Below are positions 1 to 8,584 of a stretch of DNA of 42,583 nucleotides, in pieces (positions within the stretch are counted from its first letter, which is position 1; the number at the start of each line of letters is the position of its first letter). The notes under the pieces were generated by a model. The model saw only the letters and a list, made by a program, of their open reading frames with translations. It did no database searches and was not told the origin of the DNA. The position numbers and the translations under genes are program-made. Source of the DNA: an uncultured Acetobacteraceae bacterium (GTDB lineage: Bacteria > Pseudomonadota > Alphaproteobacteria > Acetobacterales > Acetobacteraceae); assembly GCA_964247395.1 (NCBI GenBank), contig CAXTUK010000001.1:1-42583 (forward strand). The letters are read 5' to 3'.

Positions 1-658
1 TCAGCACCCGCACCAGCTTGACGATCGTGCCGACCTGGTTGCTCAGCGCGCCGATCGGCAGCGTCGCCGCCAGCACCTGCGGCACCGCGTACACGCTCAA
101 CCCCGCGAGCACCCCATACTGCGTCAGCGACAGATGCAGCACCGGCACCAGCAGCGGCAGCCCCAGCACCACGATCACGCCAAGCACCGCTGTGAACGCG
201 ATCGAGGACGCGACGTCGTCCGCCTCCGCGCCGATCACCGGCGCCAACGCCGCGATCGCCGAATTGCCGCAGATCGAGTTCCCGCACGCGATCAGCAGCG
301 ACATCCGCCACGGCAGCCGCAGCAGGCGGCAGATCGCGGTGCTCGACCCGATCGCCGTCACCACCACCAGCACGATCCCGCCCAGCAGCGCCGGTCCCAG
401 TGCCACCACCGCGCGCACGCTCACCGACGCGCCCAGCAGCATCACCGCGATCTCGAGCAGGACCTTCGCGCTGAACTCGATCCCCGCGCGCAACCGCAAC
501 CCAGGAGTCCAGACCGCGCGAAGCGCCACCCCCAACAGGATCGCCAGCACCAGCGCCTCCAGGTAGGGCTGCCCGGCCAGGCGCACCTCGGCCCGCTCCA
601 GCGCGAGGGAGACCAGCGTCACCACCGCGCAAAGTCCGACGCCGGGCAGGATCGTCAT
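1..658 (-). CDS. YeiH/UPF0324-family integral membrane protein (putative sulfate-exporter type), N-terminal 219 codons; 3' end runs off the window
   Basis: Absent from the ORF track because it has no stop in the window. Manual reverse translation from the ATG at 658-656 gives MTILPGVGLCAVVTLVSLALERAEV...LLIACGNSICGNSAIAALAPVIGAE...VYAVPQVLAATLPIG...GTIVKLVRVL. It is multi-TM hydrophobic with the CGxSICGxSAI signature I associate with YeiH. Its ATG overlaps the upstream stop (ATGA at 655-658). Confidence 0.7.
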   Translation of the reverse strand, partial: MTILPGVGLCAVVTLVSLALERAEVRLAGQPYLEALVLAILLGVALRAVWTPGLRLRAGIEFSAKVLLEIAVMLLGASVSVRAVVALGPALLGGIVLVVVTAIGSSTAICRLLRLPWRMSLLIACGNSICGNSAIAALAPVIGAEADDVASSIAFTAVLGVIVVLGLPLLVPVLHLSLTQYGVLAGLSVYAVPQVLAATLPIGALSNQVGTIVKLVRVL

Positions 659-1170
659 CCCGGCCGCGCGACATCCAGCATCGCCCGCTGGTACGTCTCC
701 ACCACCTCGCTGAACACGGCGCCGTCGCGCCTGGTCAGCACCGCCCGGTGCCGCAGGATCTCGATCGGGATGTCCCGCATGGGCGCCCCCTGCCGCCAGA
801 GCTTTTCGGCGTCCAGCGTGCGCCGCGAGTATCCCAGCGGCAGCACCACCCGCCCGAACGGCACGTCCGTCTCGTCGAGCAGCCGGTTCATCGCCGTCGT
901 CAGCAGACGCGGCAGATACCAGTTGTCCGCCTCCGACAGCACCCGCTCGCCGCACGACAGCCGCACCCGACGGTAGCGGATCGGCTCATCCGCGCCGACC
1001 TCCAGATCGCGCCTGACCATGGGCGTCGCCGGCCGTTCCACGCCCCGCACCAGCTCCGCCCTCACCGGCGCCGCAGCGAGGTGATGCACCGCGCACCACC
1101 GTTCCAGCGTCAACGTGGCGCTGTCATGCGACAGCAGGTCCGCATCCAGCCGCTCCAGCAGCGCCGTCAT
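655..1170 (-). CDS. Chorismate-lyase-like (UbiC/DUF98 fold) small protein
   Basis: Only the last 171 codons of track ORF 655..1860 look real (MTALLERLDADLLSHDSATLTLERWCA...). The ATG at 1168-1170 follows GGAGGAGGAG. The upstream part of the ORF is R/P/S-rich junk that overlaps the divergent wzx. The family call is from overall resemblance only. Confidence 0.55.
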   Translation of the reverse strand: MTALLERLDADLLSHDSATLTLERWCAVHHLAAAPVRAELVRGVERPATPMVRRDLEVGADEPIRYRRVRLSCGERVLSEADNWYLPRLLTTAMNRLLDETDVPFGRVVLPLGYSRRTLDAEKLWRQGAPMRDIPIEILRHRAVLTRRDGAVFSEVVETYQRAMLDVARPG

Positions 1171-1336
1171 CGCGCGCCGCGTCTCCTCCTCCGGACCACC
1201 GACCCCCAAATCGCTTCCCCGCCCGGTCGCCGCCAGGACGCTGCTACGACCCCGCGGGCCGGCTGCCAACCCTTTGCGCCGACGAGTCCAACGGATGAGC
1301 CGGATGTCAGAAGTGCGATGGTGCGCCCCCGGCCGC

Positions 1337-3004
1337 ATGCGTCCATCGTCTGTCGTCGAGCAGGCCGGGTCTCCTATTGATGAACAACGGATAAGAGCCG
1401 GTGGCTGGCCCGTGAGACCGGCAGGCATCGGCATCGATCCCGTCGGATCGCCCCCCTCGTCGCCTCCCGCAACGACACGCGACCAGCGAGTGCCTTCCGA
1501 CACGCGGACCGTCGCCCACAGCGCGCTGTGGAACCTCCTGGGGCGGGCCGGCCCCATCCTCATCGCGCTCGCGGTCACGCCGCACCTCGTCGAGGCGCTT
1601 GGCCCCAGCCGATGGGGCGTCTTCACCATCGCGCTGAGCCTCGTCGGCATCTTCGGCATCTTCGATTTCGGCGTCGGCCGGGCGCTCACCCGCCTCGTCG
1701 CTGAACGTGTGAGCGCCGGACATGACCGCGACGCCGCTGCCCTGGTGGTCACGAGTCTCGTCCTGCTGACCATTCTCGGCGTCTTCGGCATGCTCGTGCT
1801 CGCGTCATTGGCGGGCACCTGGGTCGGCGGCGCGCTTCGTGTCCCGCCCGGTCTGCGCACCGAGATTCTCGAGTCGATCTACGTGCTCTGCCTGTCCGCG
1901 CCCCTGGTGATCCTCAACGCCGCCCTCTGGGGCGTGATCGCCGCCTACCAGAAATTCAAGGCCGGCAACCTCATCAACATCCCTATCCTGGCGCTCTACT
2001 ATGTAGGGCCGCTGCTGATCCTGCAGGTCTGGAACAGCCTCGTCGGGGTCATGCTGGTCCTGGTCGTCTGCCGCTTCGCCGTCACCACCGCCTGCCTCTG
2101 CGTGTGTCTCAGAACGATGCCGGAACTGCGCCAGGCCCGTCCCTCGTGGCGCGACCTGCGCCCCCTGCTGCGGCTCGGCGGCTGGATGACGGTCTCCACC
2201 ATCACCTGGCCGGTTCTCACCTACATGGATCGTTTCGTGATCGCCGGCGTTCTTTCCGCCGCCCAGACCGGCTTCTACGCGACGCCCTTCGATCTCGTCA
2301 CCCGCTTCTCCATCCTCACCATTGCCATCAACACCAGCGTCTTTCCCGCGATGGCGGCCTCGTTCCGCGCCGACGCCGACCACACGTCCGCGCTCTTCCG
2401 GCGCAGCGTCGCCGCCATCACCTGTGTCCTCTTCCCGGCCTGCCTCGTCACGGTAGGGTTCAGCCACGCCCTTCTCTCGCTCTGGCTCGGCGCTCCGTTC
2501 GCCGCCCAGGCGGCACCCGTCCTGCAATGGCTCGGCATCGGCATCATGGTGTCGTCGATCGACGGGGTCGCGGCCAACCTCATCGACGCGATCGGCCGGC
2601 CTGCCCTCAACGCCAAGCTGTCGCTGGCCGAGCTCGCGATCAGCGTTCCGCTGCTCGTCGTCCTGCTGCACCGTTTCGGCATCGAGGGCGCCGCGGTCGC
2701 CTGGGCGATCCGCTGCCTCGTCGATCTTTTCGTCCGGCTGCAGCTCGCCAGGCGCGCCTATCCCGCGATCGCGCCCACGATCCGTTCGCTGACGCCGACG
2801 ATGGTCGCCAGCATCGGCCTGTTGTTCGTGCCTCTCGTCGTTCCGGACATCACGGCGCGCTGCGTGACCGTCGCCGCCCTCGCCGTGATCCATCTGGGCG
2901 TGACGCTTCGCTTCTCGTGCACCGCCGATGAACGGCGCCAGCTCGGCCGCCGCTCCAGCCTCCTGCGCAGCCGCGCCAGGCTGGCCGTGGCCGACCCCCT
3001 ATGA
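1337..3004 (+). CDS. wzx: Wzx-type (MOP superfamily) polysaccharide flippase
   Basis: 12-14 predicted TM segments. The N-terminal block HSALWNLLGRAGPILIALAVTPHLVEALGPSRWGVFTIALSLVG is typical of polysaccharide biosynthesis/flippase proteins. Start is uncertain: ATG 1337, GTG 1412 or GTG 1490, all in frame; 1490 gives the most family-typical N-terminus. Confidence 0.8.
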   Translation: MRPSSVVEQAGSPIDEQRIRAGGWPVRPAGIGIDPVGSPPSSPPATTRDQRVPSDTRTVAHSALWNLLGRAGPILIALAVTPHLVEALGPSRWGVFTIALSLVGIFGIFDFGVGRALTRLVAERVSAGHDRDAAALVVTSLVLLTILGVFGMLVLASLAGTWVGGALRVPPGLRTEILESIYVLCLSAPLVILNAALWGVIAAYQKFKAGNLINIPILALYYVGPLLILQVWNSLVGVMLVLVVCRFAVTTACLCVCLRTMPELRQARPSWRDLRPLLRLGGWMTVSTITWPVLTYMDRFVIAGVLSAAQTGFYATPFDLVTRFSILTIAINTSVFPAMAASFRADADHTSALFRRSVAAITCVLFPACLVTVGFSHALLSLWLGAPFAAQAAPVLQWLGIGIMVSSIDGVAANLIDAIGRPALNAKLSLAELAISVPLLVVLLHRFGIEGAAVAWAIRCLVDLFVRLQLARRAYPAIAPTIRSLTPTMVASIGLLFVPLVVPDITARCVTVAALAVIHLGVTLRFSCTADERRQLGRRSSLLRSRARLAVADPL

Positions 3005-3012
3005 CCGCCGGT

Positions 3013-3981
3013 TCAGTCGACCAGGCCCGTGTCCCCTGCCGCCGGGCGCCGTATAGCGGACGCGAGACTGCCGACCTGCCGTGCGAGCCGGAAAGAGGCC
3101 GAACTGCGACAGACCGTGAAACGTGGCGCGAGCACACCGCCGAAGCCGGTCAGGAACAGCAGGCTGCGCCGGCTCGTCACGCCATCCATGTCGAACGTCA
3201 GTCCTCGCCGGGCGGCGGACTGGATCGCGGTCCACAGCAGGAGACTGGTCGCGCCGTTGGTGGCGTCGGGAGCGCGGGTCGACATGTGGTAGTATTCGCT
3301 CGATCGGTCCCGGATGGTGAAGATGCCGGCCTTCGGAACACCGGACGCATCCGACGCGACGAGCAGATCGCCGCGCCCGCGCCCGACCGCCTCGCTGATG
3401 AGGCTCGTGCAGATCCCGCGATCGTACGCGTTGCGCAGTTTCCTGGCGCGCAGGTTCTCGACATAGAAATCAAGGAACGCCTCCGGCCGGTCGAAGGTGC
3501 CGACCGTGAGGCCTTCCTGCGCACGCCGGATCACGTTGCGCGCCTTGTCGCGCATCTTCCGCCAGAGCGACGCCGGATCCTCGGGCGCGATCTCGATCGT
3601 GTAGTGGACCCCGTTCGAGAACCCGGCCGCATCGAACGCCAACGTCGTCGGTGTTCCGCCGTGGAGCTTGAACCAGACATACGACGCGGGCGGAAGTTGA
3701 TCGACCAGTTCCCGTGTGATCGCAAGCTGTCTCGCGGTTCGCGCTACTGCTCCGCCACTCACGGTTCCGATCGCGGGCCCAAGCGTGTGGGTCATGGCCG
3801 GCATGACCAGCACCGTCTGACGCGTCGCCTTGCGGATTTTCAGATAGGGCAGGCGACCGACGAGACTGCCGCCGCTGTGCGCCGTCGCCTCCCGCCAGGC
3901 GCCCTCGCTCGCGGCCTCCAGCCACCACGGTTCGTGGAAGATGGTGGGCGTCAGATGCGGATCCGGTCCAGGGTCGATCAC
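3013..3981 (-). CDS. FemAB-related / GNAT-fold (BioF2-like acetyltransferase domain) protein
   Basis: 322 aa with a GTG start. N-terminus TIFHEPWWLEAAS, central EDPASLWRKMRDKARNVIRRA, and SEYYHMSTR ... LLLWTAIQSAARRGLTFDMDG are typical of the FemAB-like GNAT proteins found in EPS loci. Convergent with wzx, with an 8-nt gap. Confidence 0.65.
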   Translation of the reverse strand: MIDPGPDPHLTPTIFHEPWWLEAASEGAWREATAHSGGSLVGRLPYLKIRKATRQTVLVMPAMTHTLGPAIGTVSGGAVARTARQLAITRELVDQLPPASYVWFKLHGGTPTTLAFDAAGFSNGVHYTIEIAPEDPASLWRKMRDKARNVIRRAQEGLTVGTFDRPEAFLDFYVENLRARKLRNAYDRGICTSLISEAVGRGRGDLLVASDASGVPKAGIFTIRDRSSEYYHMSTRAPDATNGATSLLLWTAIQSAARRGLTFDMDGVTSRRSLLFLTGFGGVLAPRFTVCRSSASFRLARQVGSLASAIRRPAAGDTGLVD

Positions 3982-4004
3982 GCTCCCGATCGCTCACCAC
4001 TCGT

Positions 4005-4865
4005 ATGCCGCGCTCTCATCGGAACAGGACAACGACGCGTGAGCAGCCTCGGTTGCGGTATCGTCACGTGAGCAGACGCCGCGTCGCGCGAACTGGGCTC
4101 GCGATCCTCGCCTGTCTGGCCGGCGCGATCCATGCCCGCGATCCGGCCTCCGCTGCGGAAGCGTCCCGGACCGCCGTGATGATGCCGGCGCTCTCGGCGA
4201 CGTTGATGGACGGAACAATCGTCAAATGGCTCGTGCGCGTCGGCGACCGTGTCAGGCGCGGCGATGATCTGGCGGTGGTCCAGACCGCCGAAGGCCGGTT
4301 CAGGGTCCAGGCCCTCGACACCGGCAGGGTCGAACGGATCATCGTGCCGGCGAGCGGGGATCCGGTGATCGTCAACACGCCCATTGCCATCCTCACCGAT
4401 GATCTCGGCGCCGGCTTCGCGTTCAAGCCGGCTCTCCGCAGGTCGCCGTCCCCCGGCACGCGCCTGCCCGCTCCTGGATTGCTGCCGACGCGCATGGCGT
4501 CGCAGCAGCCTTCGCGCCCCCGGTCGGCACCGGTCCCGCTCTCCAAGCTAGGCCCGAGCCTCGCGTCCAACGCGCCCACGACCGTGCGGCTGTTCTACTC
4601 CTCACGCCGCTCGAATGCGCTCGCCGACGCCGAGTTGGTGGCGCTCGACCTGCGCCAGCACGGCTTCATCGTCGAGAGCCCGCAGGCCGTCCATCTCCGG
4701 GCGACTGCCTCGATCTCCTATGTCTTCGAGCAGGACCAGGCAGCAGCCCTGACGCTGAGGATGAGCCTGCCAGCGAACCTGAAAGCGATTTCGCCGCTCA
4801 AGCTCGACCCGGCGCGGGTCACCGTGCCGCGTCCCGGCCTCGTCCTGGTGTCGCTGCCGAGCTAG
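4005..4865 (+). CDS. Exported protein with a degenerate lipoyl/biotinyl-attachment-like domain (lipoyl-Lys replaced) and a possible LytR_C-like C-terminal domain
   Basis: RRRVARTGLAILACLAGAIHA looks like a Sec/Tat-type signal. MMPALSATLMDGTIVKWLVRVGDRVRRGDDLAVVQTAEGRFRVQALDTGRVERIIVP aligns by eye to the alphaproteobacterial E2/E1beta lipoyl domain MPALSPTMTEG..IETDKATMEVEA. An alternative GTG start lies at 4068. Confidence 0.6.
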   Translation: MPRSHRNRTTTREQPRLRYRHVSRRRVARTGLAILACLAGAIHARDPASAAEASRTAVMMPALSATLMDGTIVKWLVRVGDRVRRGDDLAVVQTAEGRFRVQALDTGRVERIIVPASGDPVIVNTPIAILTDDLGAGFAFKPALRRSPSPGTRLPAPGLLPTRMASQQPSRPRSAPVPLSKLGPSLASNAPTTVRLFYSSRRSNALADAELVALDLRQHGFIVESPQAVHLRATASISYVFEQDQAAALTLRMSLPANLKAISPLKLDPARVTVPRPGLVLVSLPS

Positions 4866-6142
4866 CTCGCCCGCGGGATCATCTTGAACTCGATGATCAT
4901 CGGGCCTCCGTTCAGCTCGACGGAGATTTCGCTGCCTGCGCCGTACCGTGCAACCGGGGAAGCGGCCCTCGCGGGATCGAAGAGCACGGCCCTGGCAAAC
5001 GGCTGGACGAAGCCGACCTTGACGCCGCGAGCGACCACCGGCTCGGCCCATAACACGAGATCGAAGATGCTGTCGGATTTCGTCAGCAGCAGGCTGCCGA
5101 CACCGGTCGGCCGGCCGGAGATGCTGATGACCGGCATTTCCTGGAAGCGAGGCAGGTCGCTGTAGCGTGGGGCGGTGTCGGCAAGGATCGACCGCAGATT
5201 GTGGATCGCCACCGCCGCGGGCCTGGGGGAGTTGTCGAGCCGGAACAGACCGAATTCCACGTCCTTGTTGCCGTCGCCCCGCTCGGGATAGGCGCTTCTC
5301 AGCTGATACAGGAAGACGCTCGAACATCCCTGACGCATGGCATCGAAGACGAGAGCGAGCGTCCGGCTCGCGGCAAGACCCGCCGCGTGGTCATCGGTGG
5401 ACGGGGTCGCGAATCCCGCCCTCGTGACGACTTTCGGCAATCTCTCGCCGAGGCCGGCGCTCATCGATGCGCGCGCCAGCGCGGAGGCGGGAGACTCGGC
5501 CCGATCAGGAAACACCTCGACCGATCCCGCGTCCGCGAGCTTCGGTTCCCTATCGAGGTCGACTTTCATTCCGCCGGTGAAGGAGTAGACGGCGACGGCG
5601 CCGATCCGCCGGTCCGCACTGGCGGCGAGGAACAGGTCGCGCTGCAACAGCGTGGCCCCGTTCTCGCCTTTGACGCCGTCGAACGACACCGGATGGCTGC
5701 CGATCTCGTCGGGACCCTCGACAGCGAAGATGGCGCCTGGATGGCCCGCCGCCAGATGGTCGACCTGCTGCAGCCCCCGCGCGGCTGGCTGCCTCCCGTC
5801 GAAGACGAAATCGAGACGGTTGCCGGCGGCGATGACCCGGTCGAGGGACGCCATGTAGTTCCTGTAGGGAACGCCTCCGTCCGGGTTCGGAACGATGTCG
5901 CGCAGCCGATGGATGCCCAGATAGTCGAGATCGGCGATCGCCTCCTCCACGTCGGCGTAGCGGCCATCGGTGAATTCGAGGTGGACGTTCACACCCATCG
6001 CGTCGAGGACGCGGCTGGCGGCCATGGAAACGACTTTGCCGTTCGCCGCCGCGGACGGGTCGGCCACGGCGGCGCCTCCCCAGCCGAGGACCGCCAGGGT
6101 GAGCAGCTTCGATGCAAGTCGTCTAGAGCCGGATCGTGCCAT
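4862..6142 (-). CDS. Secreted glycoside-hydrolase-like protein, paralog 1 of 3 (clan GH-A-like TIM barrel; predicted nucleophile position altered)
   Basis: The real start is at MARSGSRRLASKLLTLAVLGWGGAAVA (signal peptide; ATG 6140-6142). Shares the blocks MGVNVHLE, EGPDE, LPKVVTRAGF, FLYQLR and AIHNLRSILAD with ORFs 33139..34428 and 37281..38711. The first 135 codons of track ORF 4862..6547 are rejected. Confidence 0.7.
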   Translation of the reverse strand: MARSGSRRLASKLLTLAVLGWGGAAVADPSAAANGKVVSMAASRVLDAMGVNVHLEFTDGRYADVEEAIADLDYLGIHRLRDIVPNPDGGVPYRNYMASLDRVIAAGNRLDFVFDGRQPAARGLQQVDHLAAGHPGAIFAVEGPDEIGSHPVSFDGVKGENGATLLQRDLFLAASADRRIGAVAVYSFTGGMKVDLDREPKLADAGSVEVFPDRAESPASALARASMSAGLGERLPKVVTRAGFATPSTDDHAAGLAASRTLALVFDAMRQGCSSVFLYQLRSAYPERGDGNKDVEFGLFRLDNSPRPAAVAIHNLRSILADTAPRYSDLPRFQEMPVISISGRPTGVGSLLLTKSDSIFDLVLWAEPVVARGVKVGFVQPFARAVLFDPARAASPVARYGAGSEISVELNGGPMIIEFKMIPRAS

Positions 6143-7859
6143 CTCGGATCCGGTCGAGGTGGGCGTCGCACAGTTCGACGTAGGTGCCGAGTTCCCGATG
6201 ACGGAACCAGACCTCGCCCGCCGCGGTGGCGGACAGCCCATCCTGCTCGAGCGATCGCTTCGACAGCTTGAAGGTTCCAGTCCGATCGATGTGCGGGCAG
6301 AAGCGCAGGAACACCGGACGGGCATAGGGCGGCAGCCGCTCCTCCAGCATCTGCTGCAGCCGCGCGAGGTCGAAATCCTTGCCACGCGTGATCGCCGCCA
6401 TCCCGGCGCGTCCCTCGTGCCCTGGCACCACCACGCCATAGACGACGGTCTCGACGACGCCGGCGCACGAACCGACGGCCTCGGCGACCTCGGACGCCGA
6501 CACGTTCTCCCCCTTCCAACGGAAGGTGTCGCCGACCCGGTCGACAAAGCTGAAGAAGCCCGCTTTGTCCCGTCGCATCAGGTCACCGGTGCGGAACCAG
6601 AGATCTCCTTTGGTGAAGACATCCCGCAGCGTCTTGCGCGCGGAGGCGGCCTGATCCGTGTAGCCGTCGAAATGCCTGGCCGGCGCCGCCGCGTCGCCGT
6701 CGATGCGGCCGATCGCTTCGCCCGGCTCGTCGGTCGCGCAACGGACGCATCTGCCCTGCTCGTCGCGCACGGGCATGCAGGTCTCGGGATCCAGCCTGAC
6801 CAGCTCCGTCGCGAACCGATCCTTGAGAAAGGCCGGGATGCGCCCGATCGCTCCAGGCTTGCCTTCGCAGTTGTAGAGCGAGACGTTCCCTTCCGTTGCC
6901 GCATAGAACTCGAGGATTTCGGGCACCCCGAAGCGGTCCTGAAAAGCCTCCCAGACATCGCGACGCAACCCGTTGCCGCAACACAGCCGCAGGACATGCC
7001 TGGCTTCCGCCTGGCTTGCCGGAGCCGCGACCAGGTAGCGGCAGAGCTCCCCGATATACTGCACGATCGTACAACGGTTCTCGACGACGTCTTCCCAGAA
7101 CCGGTTGGCCGAGAAGCGTTCGCGGATCACCACCGACCCGCCGCGCGACAGGATTGCGCCGACCGCCACCACGCCGCCGACGCTATGATACATCGGAAGA
7201 CAGTTGTACAATCGGTCATCCGGCCGCGTGTCCATCAGACCGGCGAACCACAGGCTCCATTCCAAGATGCGCGCGTGCGTGACGTTGGCTGCCTTCGGCA
7301 AACCCGTCGTTCCCGAGGTCGCGATCAGCAGCGCGCGATCGGATCGCATCGGCCCGGGCACGCACGCCATCGGCGGCGGCAATTCGTCTTCGATCCGTCG
7401 CCGGTTCGTGCCCCGCCGCGCGCCGTGCACCGAGATTGTCGGTCCTGCCGGCAGATCCGGCATGATCGCCATCACACGCTGCAGCAGCGAGGCGGCGACC
7501 ACCATCCTGGAGGCACCCGTCGCGCGGATCGCGTGGGCGAGCGAGTGGCCCACCAGCAGCGTGTTGAGCAGCGCCACCGTGCAGCCGGCCTGCGCCAGAC
7601 CACACCAGATCGCCACGTAGCTCAAGCAGTTCGGCATCAGCAGACAGACCGTCTGGCCACGTCCCAGGTCGTTGGCGACCGCCCAGCCGGTGTAACGGTC
7701 CGCGAGCTCGACCAGCTCGCGGTAAGTGAGCCGTTCATCCTCGCCGACCAGTGCGGGGGCGTCGCCCCGGTCACGCGCGACCTCCCGAATCACCGAGAGG
7801 AGCGTCGTGACGCGCGGCTCCTCGAGCACCTTGATCGAAGTCAGCGCCCGCATCCACAT
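6123..7859 (-). CDS. FATP/very-long-chain-type acyl-CoA synthetase (ANL superfamily)
   Basis: Motifs IATSGTTGLPKAA, EFYAATEG, FRTGDLMRRDKAGFFSFVDRVGDTFRWKGENVS and TGTFKLSK. ATG at 7857-7859, with GAGG 8 nt upstream. The 3' end overlaps the next gene's start by 20 nt. Confidence 0.85.
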   Translation of the reverse strand: MWMRALTSIKVLEEPRVTTLLSVIREVARDRGDAPALVGEDERLTYRELVELADRYTGWAVANDLGRGQTVCLLMPNCLSYVAIWCGLAQAGCTVALLNTLLVGHSLAHAIRATGASRMVVAASLLQRVMAIMPDLPAGPTISVHGARRGTNRRRIEDELPPPMACVPGPMRSDRALLIATSGTTGLPKAANVTHARILEWSLWFAGLMDTRPDDRLYNCLPMYHSVGGVVAVGAILSRGGSVVIRERFSANRFWEDVVENRCTIVQYIGELCRYLVAAPASQAEARHVLRLCCGNGLRRDVWEAFQDRFGVPEILEFYAATEGNVSLYNCEGKPGAIGRIPAFLKDRFATELVRLDPETCMPVRDEQGRCVRCATDEPGEAIGRIDGDAAAPARHFDGYTDQAASARKTLRDVFTKGDLWFRTGDLMRRDKAGFFSFVDRVGDTFRWKGENVSASEVAEAVGSCAGVVETVVYGVVVPGHEGRAGMAAITRGKDFDLARLQQMLEERLPPYARPVFLRFCPHIDRTGTFKLSKRSLEQDGLSATAAGEVWFRHRELGTYVELCDAHLDRIRDGTIRL

Positions 7860-7918
7860 GTCCAGTGCCTCGCGCGCCGACCTTTGGCCGGCGGCGGCCA
7901 CGGAATGGCGCGAGCCGC

Positions 7919-8584
7919 TCAGGCCGCCAACCGGGGAACGCACCGGACCAGGAGATCCCTGAAGCCGACCCAGAGCGGCAGGACGCGGTCGTCCGGTCGC
8001 ATATGGCGGCTGAGCGCCCCATGACCCTGCTCGGGGTCGCTGTCGAACCTGACATGCTCGGACAGGAAATGCCGGAACGCGCGCAGCACGGCGTTGTCCC
8101 AGTCGGGCGCCGTCAGCATGGCCCTGAAGACGGTCTCCAATCCGCCATCCTCGTAGCTCGCGATGCTGTTGGCGCGTGTCGTCGCATCCAGCGACCGGGT
8201 GTCGTCGAGGTAGGCCTGTCCGGCGAACTCGAAGAACCTGGCCTTCTCCTCCTCGATCGGCAGAAGCGCCAGCGTGCGTCGCATGAACTCGTCATGGTTC
8301 ATCTTCTCGCCCGGCAGCGCCACGCCCGGCCATGGCGATAGATTGCTGGTGTCGCATTCCTCCTGCTCGAGCTGGCGGAGCTTCTCGTCGTGCGGGTGGA
8401 GGCTTCGCGCCACCTGCAGGCTTTCCCTGAACTGGACCGAGAAGTGGTAGTAGGCCCAGGCGGCGGCGACCATGTCGGTCGCTGTCGCCTCCCGCCAGTT
8501 CAGATCCCTGATCTCGTCGATGACCTGGGTGAATTCCAGTCTCTCGATGACGTCCACCGCACTCTCCATTTCCTGTTTGAACAT
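7919..8584 (-). CDS. Heme-oxygenase-like di-iron (HDO/CADD-like) protein, tentative
   Basis: 221 aa, all-alpha composition. By-eye alignment to the Chlamydia CADD ligand blocks: AWAYYHFSVQF (cf. DYYLHIKAF), LEQEEC...KMNHDEF (cf. MDEE..NHIDLW), ASYEDG (cf. YSYESQ), FLSEHVRFDSDPEQGHG (cf. FTEHEEADVRHA). The ATG directly abuts the upstream stop (8585-8587). Confidence 0.55.
   Translation of the reverse strand: MFKQEMESAVDVIERLEFTQVIDEIRDLNWREATATDMVAAAWAYYHFSVQFRESLQVARSLHPHDEKLRQLEQEECDTSNLSPWPGVALPGEKMNHDEFMRRTLALLPIEEEKARFFEFAGQAYLDDTRSLDATTRANSIASYEDGGLETVFRAMLTAPDWDNAVLRAFRHFLSEHVRFDSDPEQGHGALSRHMRPDDRVLPLWVGFRDLLVRCVPRLAA

Noticed and set aside
6143-6547. N-terminal extension of ORF 4862..6547, and similar extensions of 655..1860, 19634..20980, 27541..29439 and 35199..36428.
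   Set aside because: The extensions overlap neighbouring well-supported genes and have junk-like composition. Internal starts give signal peptides, family-typical N-termini and RBS-like sequences.
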